Source: Candidatus Poribacteria bacterium (GTDB lineage: Bacteria > Poribacteria > WGA-4E > JAJDTR01). From it: DNA of 64,000 nt. A program made the translations under genes and the position numbers. The stretch spans positions 1,440,001-1,504,000 of the forward strand of contig CBDCTK010000002.1 in assembly GCA_965222225.1 (NCBI GenBank), read 5' to 3'. This document shows positions 9,284 through 20,206 of this stretch, piece after piece. Position 1 is the first letter of the stretch. Each line of letters opens with the position of its first letter. The notes under the pieces were generated by a model, which had not been told where the DNA came from, ran no database searches, and saw only the letters and a program-made list of their open reading frames with translations.

Positions 9284-10522
9284 TCAAAACTCATTAGCTT
9301 GAAGGTTCTGAATGTAGTTTTCGTTGATATTGTTCGATGGGTGAGTTGGGTTTTGGTGAGGTTCGGCAAACTCTTTGATTAAGCGTTGATACGCCTCAAT
9401 CGCGAGATTTATCTCTTCGCGTTTTTCGTATATGTATCCAATCCAATACTGAGCCTGTCGTCGCGTATCGTAATCAAAAGAAGAATTATCTGCAACCCTC
9501 CTATAGGCTTCAATCGCCCCGTCCGCGTCACCCTTGGTATAGTAGATTTGAGCTACAAAAAACTGCGAATTAGACGCATTCTCGTTGTCTGGATATTTGT
9601 TAATCGCCTCTTCAAGCTGATCAATCGCTTCATCGTATTGCTCCATCTGTTGATACGCCCAACCAATATAAAAATGAGAGTCTTGGGCCACTTTCGCACC
9701 TGAATCATTTTGGATAACACGATTATAGCTCTCAATTGCTTCATCGAATCTCCCTTCGGCAAAGTAAGTTTGCCCAATTCCAAACTGGGCGAGTGGAGTC
9801 AACTCTTCATGCCCTGAATTGACTACCTTTTCAAATTCAACACGAGCATCTCGATACTTCCTTTGCTCGGTGTAAATCATGCCCGTATAGTACATGACGC
9901 TGTGAATAAGATCGCTATCCCTAAATTCCTCCGCCAATTCATCAAACGCTTGCAGAGTACGATTTAACAGACCTTTTCCATAATAACACATCGCCCGAGT
10001 AAACCGCGCGTGATCCACAAGTTTACTACCGGGATAGTCCCTAATCAACCGATCAAAGAGAACCAAGGCACGATCGTAGTAAGTATCGGCAGATTCCAAC
10101 ACATCTGTCTCCTTCACTCCATCGCCCATTTTATAATTCGCAATAGCGATTGTATATAAAGCATCATCCGTCCATTCGCTGTCCGGATAGTTGTTAATTA
10201 GACGACGAAATAGCGCAAACACCTCTTCATCTGTCCTTGCAACCCGTGAAGCGAGTTGATAGATTGCATCATCCGCCCAGCGACTGTCAGGATATTTTTC
10301 GAACACTTGGCGATATAATGCCCTCACTTTACGGACGCGATTCTGATCCTCGTCTTCGAGGGTCACGGGCGGGTTATTTGCCGTTCGTGCTTTCTGCCAA
10401 GTTTCCTCGGCTTTCTCATAATATCGTGCGTAATCCATGTCTGAATTTGTCGATTTGCCAATCCAGAAACCAGCGACCAGTGCCACAATCACAAGAATCT
10501 CCGTGACAATAAATTTCCTCAT
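9284..10522 (-). CDS. Membrane-anchored/exported TPR-repeat protein (BamD/YbgF-like repeats)
   Basis: N-terminal TM followed by repeated YPDSxWADDALY / AQFxIG TPR units. Confidence 0.8.
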   Translation of the reverse strand: MRKFIVTEILVIVALVAGFWIGKSTNSDMDYARYYEKAEETWQKARTANNPPVTLEDEDQNRVRKVRALYRQVFEKYPDSRWADDAIYQLASRVARTDEEVFALFRRLINNYPDSEWTDDALYTIAIANYKMGDGVKETDVLESADTYYDRALVLFDRLIRDYPGSKLVDHARFTRAMCYYGKGLLNRTLQAFDELAEEFRDSDLIHSVMYYTGMIYTEQRKYRDARVEFEKVVNSGHEELTPLAQFGIGQTYFAEGRFDEAIESYNRVIQNDSGAKVAQDSHFYIGWAYQQMEQYDEAIDQLEEAINKYPDNENASNSQFFVAQIYYTKGDADGAIEAYRRVADNSSFDYDTRRQAQYWIGYIYEKREEINLAIEAYQRLIKEFAEPHQNPTHPSNNINENYIQNLQANEF

Positions 10523-10923
10523 GTTCTACTCCTACTTTCATTACGGTTGGATATGCTTTAACGGACATCAAAAGCCACGTTTACAAGCGTACTTCTTCAT
10601 CGTTGAAGATACGTATCAACTGTCCAATATGACTAACGGTCTGACGAGTTGTATCACTTCTAGACGGAAATAAACCTGATTACTCCGTGGATTCCATATT
10701 GTTAATTTCACAAACCAAGCGAATTTTAGTTCCCAGAATCGAACTCCGCACTACTTGTATCCAGATTGTATCCAGAATTGCTGCATAGAACCGCTTGCGT
10801 GAGAGATTTCTCTGGATGGAATCATCATGGTGTGCTAAAATCGCGTTTTGCATACGGCGTCGGTTCCACACTAGACTGCGGCTATCGAGAAATAACATCC
10901 TTCTCTAGATTTCATCTTTTTTA

Positions 10924-11766
10924 ATGACAAGATACAAAATAATTGCACTAGATATTGATGGAACACTTCTAAACTCGTGCGGACGAGTTACCGAGAGGAC
11001 CAATAAAACAATCCACCGTGCTGCTGAAGAAGGCGTAGTCATTCTAGTTGTAACGGGGCGACGATTCTTTACAGCAAAACAACGAGTTCTGCAGCTTGAA
11101 CTGCCAAACATGCTGCTTGCAGTGCATAATGGCGCTATTCTCAAGCAACTTAGTGGTGAGTTGCTTTATCATCGTTTGCTTCCTCGCGAGACAGCTCAAC
11201 AGGTGGTTGAAGTCGCTAATGAAATGGGGCTATGTCCGGTAGTTTTTGCCGGGATCGATGATGAGGCAGCCGTTCTGATCGAAGATTACGGGGACAGGCT
11301 TGATTCGTGGGAAAGGGGTTACCTCCGGGAAAACCGGCGATTTCTACGAGAAGTTGACAATCTGTCTAAAAATTTGCCTGACGACGTCATTGAAGTCATC
11401 TGCGTCGTCCCGACGGCTGACTTGCATCGGCTCGCCGAGATTTTTGAAGAACAACTGAACGGTCGGGTGAAATCGATTGTTGTTACCACGACGGATTGGC
11501 AACGCGCTTTTATCGGACTTACTAGCCCAGATGTAAGTAAACGCGAACCTCTTCGCTTTCTTGCTGAGGAAGGAAAGATAGACCGGACGAAGATTATTGC
11601 CATCGGAGACAATTATAACGACTTGGAGATGTTAGAATTCGCCGGCGTAGGGGTTGTGATGGAGAACGCCGTTCCGGCACTGAAACAGATGGGATTCCAT
11701 GTGACAGCATCAAACAACGAAGATGGTGTCGCCAAAGCCCTAGAAAAATTTGTGTTTGAACGCTAA
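10924..11766 (+). CDS. Cof-type HAD-IIB hydrolase
   Basis: DIDGTLL, VTGR, HNGA and IGDNYNDLEML motifs. Confidence 0.9.
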   Translation: MTRYKIIALDIDGTLLNSCGRVTERTNKTIHRAAEEGVVILVVTGRRFFTAKQRVLQLELPNMLLAVHNGAILKQLSGELLYHRLLPRETAQQVVEVANEMGLCPVVFAGIDDEAAVLIEDYGDRLDSWERGYLRENRRFLREVDNLSKNLPDDVIEVICVVPTADLHRLAEIFEEQLNGRVKSIVVTTTDWQRAFIGLTSPDVSKREPLRFLAEEGKIDRTKIIAIGDNYNDLEMLEFAGVGVVMENAVPALKQMGFHVTASNNEDGVAKALEKFVFER

Positions 11767-11928
11767 TTTCTCAACAAGATCTATCGAAACGAAAAACATT
11801 GGTAATTAGATGGTCAGGATTGTGTTATCTCAAACGTCTAATGGTGCACAGCCTATAAATCCAAGGCGCTCACGCCACTGATTCGTCCTTGTACCTAAAG
11901 GTAGCAGAAATCGGAATCAGGAGAGGAA

Positions 11929-13029
11929 ATGCCTGCTAGAACTCTACATAAATTTCATTTTGGACTGTATAGCAACACCGTTATTGATTGGCTGTGGCAC
12001 TTATTCGTGAGAAATAGATTACGCTTAACAGCTTACACAATAGTTTGGATTTTCTCCGTAACCGGAACTTGGGCTGCGGTGGGCAATGAAGAAAGAATTG
12101 ACTACGTAGTCGCCGTCGTTAATGACCAAGCCGTCACATGGACTGATCTCCGGAGCGCGTTGGTTGTCCGCGCTTTCGTTGACCCCTTAGTTTCATTATT
12201 GCCACCGCTTCTTGACGAACTCAAAAATCCGTCAGACGAAGCCCAGCGAACTATTATAGATATTCTCATTGACCGAACACTTATGTTACAGGAAGCAGAA
12301 CGTTTGGGAATTCCCCTGGCACGTTGGCATGACAAAGTTGCTACCGACATGGAGAGGATCAAGATGTCTTACCCGTCCGAGCTAGGCTTCTTTGAAACAT
12401 TAAAGCTAAGCGGACTAGAATATGCCGAACTGGAAGAATGGATGAGAGCGGGGCTGATGATTGACGACCTGATTTTCCGAAAATTCATCAAAGGAATACG
12501 TGGGGAAAAGATCGAACAAGAATCACTACAACATTTTGAACAACACAAATCTGAATATTCTGAGGCTGCACGGGTCAGGTTCACATATGTGCTTATTCCC
12601 TTGAGGTCCGACGCTTCTCTTCAGGAGGAGACTCAAGCCGGACGCTCTGCCGAAGCGATTTATTTCCGTCTGAGAAACGGTATGTCAATCCAAGAGATTC
12701 AACAATTCGCGCAAGATTCCGCGCAAATCAAGCCCGATACGAGGACAGAATATATAGATTCCAAACTGGGAATGACAATTGCGGCACTGAAGACGAATAG
12801 GTGGAGTTCCCCTATCCGCACGTCTAGTGGCTACCTTATCGTCAATTCGCTAGGTGTAGAAAAACGCCGCCAGCAAGCCTACACTGAAGTCAAAGACGAG
12901 ATTAAGAGGATGCTAGTTGGCGAACAAATGGAGAAATGGCTAGCACAGCAGAAGGAAATCGGGAATTGTCGTATATTGGTTCCGTCGTTAGCCCAGACAA
13001 AGAAGCATAGTCCACGTAATAAGCCCTGA
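11929..13029 (+). CDS. SurA/PpiC-like periplasmic chaperone
   Basis: IDYVVAVVNDQAVT...LIDRTLMLQEAERLGI (SurA N-domain) and a degenerate parvulin end WSSPIRTSSGYLIV. Confidence 0.75.
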   Translation: MPARTLHKFHFGLYSNTVIDWLWHLFVRNRLRLTAYTIVWIFSVTGTWAAVGNEERIDYVVAVVNDQAVTWTDLRSALVVRAFVDPLVSLLPPLLDELKNPSDEAQRTIIDILIDRTLMLQEAERLGIPLARWHDKVATDMERIKMSYPSELGFFETLKLSGLEYAELEEWMRAGLMIDDLIFRKFIKGIRGEKIEQESLQHFEQHKSEYSEAARVRFTYVLIPLRSDASLQEETQAGRSAEAIYFRLRNGMSIQEIQQFAQDSAQIKPDTRTEYIDSKLGMTIAALKTNRWSSPIRTSSGYLIVNSLGVEKRRQQAYTEVKDEIKRMLVGEQMEKWLAQQKEIGNCRILVPSLAQTKKHSPRNKP

Positions 13030-13045
13030 TACTTCGTCTAATGTC

Positions 13046-13867
13046 ATGCACGGTGTTGAAAAGCTATTCAATCACCCCAAGCCCATTATCGGTGTCGTTC
13101 ACTTACTTCCTTTAATCGGCAGTCCGAAGTCGACAGTTGGACTCGCCGACATTCGTTCTCGGGCGCTGTCTGATGCAGGAACTCTCATCAATAATGGCGT
13201 TGACGGGATTATCATTGAAAACTATGGTGATGTGCCCTTTTTCCCGGATCAAGTGGAATCTCACACTGTCGCGTCAATGACAATCATTGCGCACGAGATT
13301 CGCGAACACTACCCGAAGACACCAATCGGAATCAACGTGCTTCGGAATGATGCAAGGTCGGCAATGGCAATCGCGACGGTTACTCAGTCGAATTTTATCC
13401 GCACCAATGTCCACACCGGAGGAATGCTTACAGATCAGGGGATTCTACAAGGAAAAGCGCACGAGACACTTCGCTATCGCACAACACTCAATAGCGAGGT
13501 GAAAATATTTGCTGACATTGCGGTAAAACACGCTGCCCCGATTGCAGACATCGATTTGGGAATCAGTGCGGAGGACACCTACTATCGCGGACTCGCTGAC
13601 GCGCTGATTATCACCGGATTGGGAACAGGTAAGCAGACTTGCTACAACCATTTACGGCAGGTAAAAAACACTGTTCCCCAAGCATGCGTTTTCGCCGGAA
13701 GCGGCGTTGCCGCGGATACGATTGCCAACCTATTACAATGTGCCGATGGCGTCATTGTTGGTACATGGCTGAAACGCGAAGGAATAACTACAAATGAGGT
13801 GGATGAGAACCGCGTGCGAAATCTAATTAAAGCTCGAGATGAAAATTTACTTACCATGACACGGTGA
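13046..13867 (+). CDS. BtpA/SgcQ family TIM-barrel protein
   Basis: IGVVHLLPL, IENYGDVPF, GINVLRND, ADIAVKHA and GSGV motifs. Confidence 0.9.
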   Translation: MHGVEKLFNHPKPIIGVVHLLPLIGSPKSTVGLADIRSRALSDAGTLINNGVDGIIIENYGDVPFFPDQVESHTVASMTIIAHEIREHYPKTPIGINVLRNDARSAMAIATVTQSNFIRTNVHTGGMLTDQGILQGKAHETLRYRTTLNSEVKIFADIAVKHAAPIADIDLGISAEDTYYRGLADALIITGLGTGKQTCYNHLRQVKNTVPQACVFAGSGVAADTIANLLQCADGVIVGTWLKREGITTNEVDENRVRNLIKARDENLLTMTR

Positions 13868-14041
13868 TGACAATTATGTAGTATCATTATGTCCGCAGTA
13901 GCAGTATAGGAAACCTATCTTGAAAAGATAATTGGCACCTGAGTGTACGTCAAGATTCAATCGCCTGCCATTTGAAGTTAATTTAAGAGTAGGAATCAAA
14001 TATGTTCTTAGGACGAAATATAGGTTGGCTTTCCCGATAAC

Positions 14042-14068
14042 TGTAAACTATTAAGGTTAAATATCGTT
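14042..14068 (+). promoter_or_regulatory. Possible ECF-sigma autoregulatory promoter
   Basis: TGTAAAC-16 nt-CGTT, 40 nt upstream of the ECF sigma start; fits the AAC/CGT ECF pattern. Confidence 0.45.
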
Positions 14069-14107
14069 TGAAATTCCGTGTAATCCTAATGTTGGATTGG
14101 ATTCTTT

Positions 14108-14689
14108 ATGGACACGATTGTTGAAGATGAAATGTTGGTTGCGCAATTCCAAGCTGGCCGTCATCACGCATTCGATGAATTAATGAAGCGGCATAAGCAC
14201 AAAATTAATGCTTACTTACTGAGATCGGTAAGGAACTGCGAGGACGCCGAAGAATTGACAATTGAAGTCTTTTTCAAGGCTTATCGTGCTCTTGATGGCT
14301 GGCAGCCGCAAGCTCGATTTTCAACATGGCTCTACAAAATCGCTCATAATTTGTCAATCGACCACCATCGCGCAAAATCTCGAAGGCTAACTTATTCCTT
14401 GGATGACGAAGAGTTGGCGATTGAAGAACCCATAGCCTCCGATCTAGGAAGCGATCCGGCATGGCAGTTGGAAGAAAAGGATCGAAATTGCGTTATCCGC
14501 GCCGCAGTCGATCAGCTTTCTCCAAACCAAAAAGTAGTTTTTATGTTAAATCGATATGAAGGTATGCAGATTAAGGAAATCACAGAGGTTCTTGGTATGG
14601 CGGAAGGCACTGTGAAAGTTCACCTGCATCGAGCAATGAAGAAATTGCAAATTCTGCTTCAACCCTTCTGGGAAAGAAATGAAATCTGA
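14108..14689 (+). CDS. ECF RNA polymerase sigma factor
   Basis: DAEELTIEVF, FSTWLYKIAHN (region 2) and EITEVLGMAEGTVKVHLHRA (region 4). Confidence 0.93.
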   Translation: MDTIVEDEMLVAQFQAGRHHAFDELMKRHKHKINAYLLRSVRNCEDAEELTIEVFFKAYRALDGWQPQARFSTWLYKIAHNLSIDHHRAKSRRLTYSLDDEELAIEEPIASDLGSDPAWQLEEKDRNCVIRAAVDQLSPNQKVVFMLNRYEGMQIKEITEVLGMAEGTVKVHLHRAMKKLQILLQPFWERNEI

Positions 14690-15356
14690 GGCTTGGAATC
14701 CGTTAATGTCGACCTGCAAGCAATATGAAGCATTTCACATAGACTATGTGTGCCATCTCCTTGACGACGCACAGATTTCGGAGCTCAACGCACATCTGCG
14801 TGATTGCGCGAATTGTAGAAAAGAAGTCAAAGCGTTGAAAGAGGTATTGAAACTTACGGACAAGGCAGAGACTGAAATATCATCAACGGCGTGGGAACTT
14901 AAAGATGTCGAAATGGAAGTTTACAGACGTCTAGCGGCAGAAAATGAACAGGCAAGCGGCAGTTCCTTGTTTTTACGTGTGCGCCATCTGCTTCCATTTA
15001 GATTCCTGATGCAAACGGAACGCTTTTCCTTGTATGGCTTTCGTTCCACTAGTGTGCGTCAACTTTGGCGCGGAATGTTAACCGGTTGTGCCTTGGTAGT
15101 GGTGTTGTTGATTTCCGTCGTCTCGTTCGATGGTGACCAATCAACAAAAATGCCAGTGGTCAAAATCGATGTTTCACTCTCACACGAGCAACTTGAACAG
15201 TATCGCTCGCAAGGCATACGTCGGAGTCTGCAGGATGTACTTGTCAGTATGCATCTGACAAACGATGAATGGGAGACAGCCGGCAGGGCACGCATGTTGA
15301 ATGAACAAGCTCAAGGAACACCTTACGAGAACATTACAATTAGCAGTTTCAGATGA
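14679..15356 (+). CDS. Zinc-binding (HxxxCxxC) transmembrane anti-sigma factor
   Basis: HLRDCANC motif, one TM helix, overlaps the sigma stop. Confidence 0.85.
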   Translation: MKSEAWNPLMSTCKQYEAFHIDYVCHLLDDAQISELNAHLRDCANCRKEVKALKEVLKLTDKAETEISSTAWELKDVEMEVYRRLAAENEQASGSSLFLRVRHLLPFRFLMQTERFSLYGFRSTSVRQLWRGMLTGCALVVVLLISVVSFDGDQSTKMPVVKIDVSLSHEQLEQYRSQGIRRSLQDVLVSMHLTNDEWETAGRARMLNEQAQGTPYENITISSFR

Positions 15357-15482
15357 CTTCGGTAATGTTTGATGAAGATTTACCTCATGACAAGGCTCAC
15401 GAACAACCAAGAGAGTAAGGATTGGAATGGAAGGAGGAATTATATTGAGGAATATTGTGCTGGATTGGGCTGGCATCTAAGC

Positions 15483-17453
15483 ATGAATTCTAGCCGACGT
15501 ATACAGCTATTGATAGTAAGCGTTTTGTTGTTGAACTATACTATCTTTTCGATTGCTGAAACACAAATCGTTAATGTATCCACGTTGATTGATGCGGGCA
15601 AATACAATCAAGCAACGCAAACGTTGCACGAACTGGAAAATTCAACGAAGGACGTTGACCAACTCAGTTGGATTAATCATCAGTTAGGTGAAATCCATTA
15701 CAACTATACCCGTGAGTATCCGAATGCATTGAATGCTTATAACCAGGTCATTCAACTAAAGGCAAAGACTCCAGCGGCAGTGGACTTGTTTCTTGCCTAT
15801 ATCAAAAAGGGCGATGTCTACTGCCGAATGGGGCAATGCGATGATGCAATTCGTACCTACCAGACGCTTGTAAATCAATTTCCGTCTACCCATTTTGCGC
15901 ACAAAACTGGTTTACAAAAGATACGCGATATTCAGACTGCGCTTGAAACCTTGGAGGCACAACACGAAGTTATACGCTTATATTCCGGTACACCGACGGC
16001 AGTTGAAGCTTTATTCCAAATCGCGGAAGTATATCGCAGTCACTATCAACTAAATCAGCCCGAACAAGCGATTGCGCAATACGAAATTATTTTGAAGGAA
16101 TATCCGGACGCCAAAAATGCGCCTGAAGCACAGTGGCGCATCGGAAATTTGTGGCATGTGGTTCTGAATGAACCCGAGTTTGCCATCGCAGCGTATCGAG
16201 AAGTTCCCACAAACTATCCGACAAGCAATTTTGCTGCGGATGCCCTTTACCAAATTGCGCGCATCAATGAAAAAAAAGGCCAGTATCAAGAAGCCGTATC
16301 CATTCTAGAAGCACTTACCGAGAAATACCCTGATTTCTGGAATACTCACGCTGCATTTTATTGGTTGGGCGTTTGTCACGAAAAATCCAAGGACTACCGT
16401 AGGGCGCTCCAAGCCTATCGGACCTTTCTGCACGTCTACCTTCCGACTCTTGAACCTGCTTACTTTGGTCAAATCGGCAGACACAATCAAAGCCACGTTC
16501 AAATTGAGACCGCAATACAAGGAAAGATTGAACTCCTTGAAACTGAACTGCCACGGGTTGAATGGGACAAAATCAACAAGCTGATTAGCCATTCACACTA
16601 TGTCAGGGCACTACACCTCGCACAGCAACTGATTGCTGATGTGCCGCAGAGCGAGTACGCAAAGAAAGCGCAGGACCAACTTAGTTCAATAACGTCATAT
16701 GCTTCCATTCAGAAGCTGCAAAATCGTATCAGCGAATTTCCAAAATCGCCAGCGATGGCTCATGGTAAATTTCGAATAGGGACAACCTATGAACGTGGAT
16801 TGCAAGAATATCATCTCGCAATTACAGTTTATCGCGAGCTAATTGATGAATATCCGGAATCGCCTTGGGCTGCAGAAGCTCTGTATCGTATCGGATTAAT
16901 TTATCTGGAACACCTTGATAATACGGAAATGGCAATCCAAAGTCATCAAGGATTGATTGAAAGATACCCATCATCGTCGCATACGATGATGGCTAATTTT
17001 CAATTGGGCGAGATTTATCGGACACTGCAGCGGTATGATGAAGCCTTACGGGCCTATCAGACCACGATTACTTACCCTGAGCGCGATTCATACCTCGCCG
17101 AAGGCTACAAGGACAGTTTTGCGGATCGAGCACGGTTCCGGATTGGGCGGATTCATTACGAAGATGGTCGATACAATGACGCGAGACTCACGTTTGAAGA
17201 GTTCATCAACAGTCGACCTCGATCGCCACGCCTAGCGGCAGCCCATGTTTACGTTGCCCTGACAAACCAAAAACAAGGGGATCAATCGCGTGCTTCCCAG
17301 GCATATGACAGAGCCATCCAGCTAATCGACAACAGCCACATCCAAGCTGAAATGGTGATTAATGAAGCATCAAGTTTCGGATTTCAAGGCACAGACCGAG
17401 CGGATGTTCTCCGAAGGCTTAACGAACTCCGTAAACGCGTGGAGACTAAATAG
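15483..17453 (+). CDS. Exported TPR-repeat protein
   Basis: Signal-like N-terminus from Met at 15483 (the ORF track starts at 15369); many YPxSxxAxxALY TPR units. Confidence 0.8.
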   Translation: MNSSRRIQLLIVSVLLLNYTIFSIAETQIVNVSTLIDAGKYNQATQTLHELENSTKDVDQLSWINHQLGEIHYNYTREYPNALNAYNQVIQLKAKTPAAVDLFLAYIKKGDVYCRMGQCDDAIRTYQTLVNQFPSTHFAHKTGLQKIRDIQTALETLEAQHEVIRLYSGTPTAVEALFQIAEVYRSHYQLNQPEQAIAQYEIILKEYPDAKNAPEAQWRIGNLWHVVLNEPEFAIAAYREVPTNYPTSNFAADALYQIARINEKKGQYQEAVSILEALTEKYPDFWNTHAAFYWLGVCHEKSKDYRRALQAYRTFLHVYLPTLEPAYFGQIGRHNQSHVQIETAIQGKIELLETELPRVEWDKINKLISHSHYVRALHLAQQLIADVPQSEYAKKAQDQLSSITSYASIQKLQNRISEFPKSPAMAHGKFRIGTTYERGLQEYHLAITVYRELIDEYPESPWAAEALYRIGLIYLEHLDNTEMAIQSHQGLIERYPSSSHTMMANFQLGEIYRTLQRYDEALRAYQTTITYPERDSYLAEGYKDSFADRARFRIGRIHYEDGRYNDARLTFEEFINSRPRSPRLAAAHVYVALTNQKQGDQSRASQAYDRAIQLIDNSHIQAEMVINEASSFGFQGTDRADVLRRLNELRKRVETK

Positions 17454-17552
17454 AATATGCATTCCGCTAGCCAACAAACATTGGATTGTTAACCATGGGA
17501 CATGTGTAATCCACCTCTTTTCTCGGTTACTCAGATATCGTCACTAGTATAG

Positions 17553-17581
17553 TTGACTTTGGGATTTATACATGATATAAT
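17553..17581 (+). promoter_or_regulatory. Sigma70-type promoter of groEL
   Basis: TTGACT-17 nt-TATAAT with extended TG. Confidence 0.85.
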
Positions 17582-17591
17582 TCCGCGCATG

Positions 17592-17618
17592 TTAGCACTC
17601 AATACTTGAGAGTGCTAA
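17592..17618 (+). promoter_or_regulatory. CIRCE element (HrcA operator)
   Basis: Exact TTAGCACTC-N9-GAGTGCTAA. Confidence 0.97.
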
Positions 17619-17698
17619 CAACAAGCGTCTATCCTTAATCTCTATATTTAATATGCTCCGATAGACCGATTCAAACACAGAAAATGAGGAGAACTTGA

Positions 17699-19330
17699 AT
17701 GGCAGCAAAGAAGTTGATATTTAATCAAGAGGCAAGGGCAGCGCTCAAGCGAGGTGCTGATAAGCTGGCTGACGCCGTAAAAGTGACTTTGGGCCCGCGC
17801 GGTAGAAATGTCGTGATTCAAAAATCGTTCGGGGTTCCAGTTATTACAAGCGATGGAGTGACTGTTGCAAAAGAGATTGAACTTCCGGATGAATATGAAA
17901 ACATGGGGGCTCAACTTCTAGAATTAATAGCGACGAAGACAAATGACGTTGCTGGCGACGGTACTACCACTGCGACTTTACTTGGACAAGGGATTGTTGA
18001 TGAAGGACTCAAAAACGTAACAGCTGGTAGGGATCCGATGCAATTAAAAATTGGCATCGATAAAGCTGTTGATGTGGTCGTTGATGCCATCGGCGAACAG
18101 AGTCAAGCCGTTAGCAGTCACGACGAAATTGCACAGGTGGCAGCAATCGCTGCTAACGATCGAGCACACAACAGTGAGATTGGTACCTTGATTGCTGACG
18201 CCATGGACAAGGTTGGAAAAGATGGCGTCATTACCGTTGAGGAAGGGAAAAGCGCTGATACGAATGTCGATACCGTTGAAGGAATGCAATTCGATCGTGG
18301 ATATCTTTCTCCTAACTTCACAACCAACCCTGAAACGACTGTTGTTGAATTCGAAAATCCGCTGATTTTAATCAATACTGGAAAGATTAGCGCAATAGCT
18401 GAGCTTGCCCCACTCTTAGAGAAGACATCTCAACTGAGGCGACCGTTGCTAATCATCGCTGAAGATGTGGAAGGCGAAGCATTGGCTACGCTGGTTGTAA
18501 ATAAGTTGCGCGGTGCCCTCCAAGTCGCCGCCGTGAAAGCACCCGGATTCGGAGACCGTCGCAAAGAGATGCTTGAAGATATTAGCATTCTCACAGGAGG
18601 TCAGGTTGTTTCAGAGGATCGTGGCATTCGGCTTGAAAATGTTGTTGTCGGTATGCTAGGTAGCGCCCGAAGAGTAATTGTTGATAAAGATAACACCACA
18701 ATAGTCGATGGTGCCGGTTCAAACGAGGAGGTCGAAAATCGAATTGCTCAGATTCGCCACCAAATCGAGGGGACGACCTCAGATTATGACCGCGAAAAAT
18801 TAGAAGAACGACTTGCCAAACTTGCGGGTGGAGTTGCTGTTATAAACGTCGGAGCTGCCACCGAAGTGGAAATGAAGGAACGGAAGGCGCGGTTTGAAGA
18901 TGCTCTGTCGGCTACTCGCGCGGCAATTGAGGAAGGTATCGTGCCCGGCGGTGGTGTCGCACTGTTGAGGGCCGGTGCCGCATTGGACAATTTCCATCTT
19001 GACGGGGATCAGGAGGTTGGTGTTAACATCATTCGTCAAATTCTATCAACCCCTAGCCGGTTAATTGCCGAAAACGCCGGATTAGAAGGCTCAGTGGTCG
19101 TTGCTAAAATCCAAGACGGAGAAGGCGCCTACGGACTAAATGCGGAAACTGGAGAGTACGAAGACCTTCTTCAAGTAGGGATTGTAGACCCGACAAAGGT
19201 CGTTCGATCTGCGCTCCAAAATGCATCAAGTGTTGCTGGTCTGCTGCTGACGACAGAAACTCTCGTTACGGAAGTTGAGGAGAAGCCAAAACCTGATGCC
19301 CACGGTCACCATCACCATCATCACCACTAA
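17699..19330 (+). CDS. groEL: Chaperonin GroEL with His-rich C-terminus
   Basis: [27 protein letters not shown] and [10 protein letters not shown] motifs; ends [10 protein letters not shown]. Confidence 0.98.
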   Translation: MAAKKLIFNQEARAALKRGADKLADAVKVTLGPRGRNVVIQKSFGVPVITSDGVTVAKEIELPDEYENMGAQLLELIATKTNDVAGDGTTTATLLGQGIVDEGLKNVTAGRDPMQLKIGIDKAVDVVVDAIGEQSQAVSSHDEIAQVAAIAANDRAHNSEIGTLIADAMDKVGKDGVITVEEGKSADTNVDTVEGMQFDRGYLSPNFTTNPETTVVEFENPLILINTGKISAIAELAPLLEKTSQLRRPLLIIAEDVEGEALATLVVNKLRGALQVAAVKAPGFGDRRKEMLEDISILTGGQVVSEDRGIRLENVVVGMLGSARRVIVDKDNTTIVDGAGSNEEVENRIAQIRHQIEGTTSDYDREKLEERLAKLAGGVAVINVGAATEVEMKERKARFEDALSATRAAIEEGIVPGGGVALLRAGAALDNFHLDGDQEVGVNIIRQILSTPSRLIAENAGLEGSVVVAKIQDGEGAYGLNAETGEYEDLLQVGIVDPTKVVRSALQNASSVAGLLLTTETLVTEVEEKPKPDAHGHHHHHHH

Positions 19331-19500
19331 TCCAAGTTTGCCTTGATTATGACTAACTTTTGAAGGTGGCGGTTTTGCATCGCAAGGTGCGAATACAGAA
19401 CGAGCACCTACTATAGTTCCGTTGAAATTCGGACGTGACAAGGCAGATTTCATTTGGGCTGATGAATATTTAAGAGAAACCAAGCCCATTGTCGAAAATG

Positions 19501-19541
19501 AAAAGCCACGCTAATTCAGCACTCGCATAGCGTGGCTTTTT
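19501..19541. terminator. Probable bidirectional intrinsic terminator
   Basis: AAAAGCCACGCTA...TAGCGTGGCTTTTT between convergent genes. Confidence 0.7.
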
Positions 19542-19663
19542 ATTTTGCGTGGGTAGACCTCTCTCGCGGAGAAAAACGCCTCTAAACCATGCACAGCGTG
19601 CATGGGATTCTGGTTGATAATTATCTAACCGCGATCCGCACACCGTTTCTAAATTCACACACG

Positions 19664-20206
19664 TTAGAAACGGGGGAGCATGTTATTATCCCACTCGCAA
19701 TCAAGACAGAACGCTTCGCGCGGACCAAGATATTGGATATCTTTGCTTCCGCATGCTGGACACACTTCAACTCTCTCAGATTTTTCTCGCTTCACCTCTA
19801 TTTGGAAAATGTTTAGGTAGTACATTTTAATTTCCCCTTCATAGCGGTGGCCCAGAGGGCAACGGACCTTGTTCGTAGCACGGGACTCGAGTCGTTCAAT
19901 CATTTCTCGGAGGAATGGAATGCGTCGACCACAAATGGGACACCGGTCAGGAAAGAGTTCTTTTGCCGTAATTACATCGGTATTCTCATCTCGAATTAAG
20001 ATTGGAATTGAAAAGTGATGTTCAAGTACCAGTCGTGTATCGTTCTCCGTATCTCCTTCTGCTATATCCTGCTCCGAAACGATTTTTTTATAGGTTTTAG
20101 GACTAAGTACGATCTCTGTCGACACCATCGCTCCTCTCAAACTGAGCATTATACTGCTTATTCGATCCACTATCGACAATTTGATTGGCTCTCTCTCCTT
20201 CCGCAA
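19664..20206 (-). CDS. Hypothetical Cys-rich zinc-ribbon protein
   Basis: CPICG, CPLGH, CPACG and CLDC motifs; upstream GGAGG RBS and a TTGACA-17-TAGAAT promoter near 20368-20396. Confidence 0.65.
   Translation of the reverse strand: MRKEREPIKLSIVDRISSIMLSLRGAMVSTEIVLSPKTYKKIVSEQDIAEGDTENDTRLVLEHHFSIPILIRDENTDVITAKELFPDRCPICGRRIPFLREMIERLESRATNKVRCPLGHRYEGEIKMYYLNIFQIEVKREKSERVEVCPACGSKDIQYLGPREAFCLDCEWDNNMLPRF

Noticed and set aside
19514-19524. TTCAGCACTC resembling a CIRCE half-site
   Set aside because: Single imperfect half inside a terminator loop, with no partner at 9 nt.
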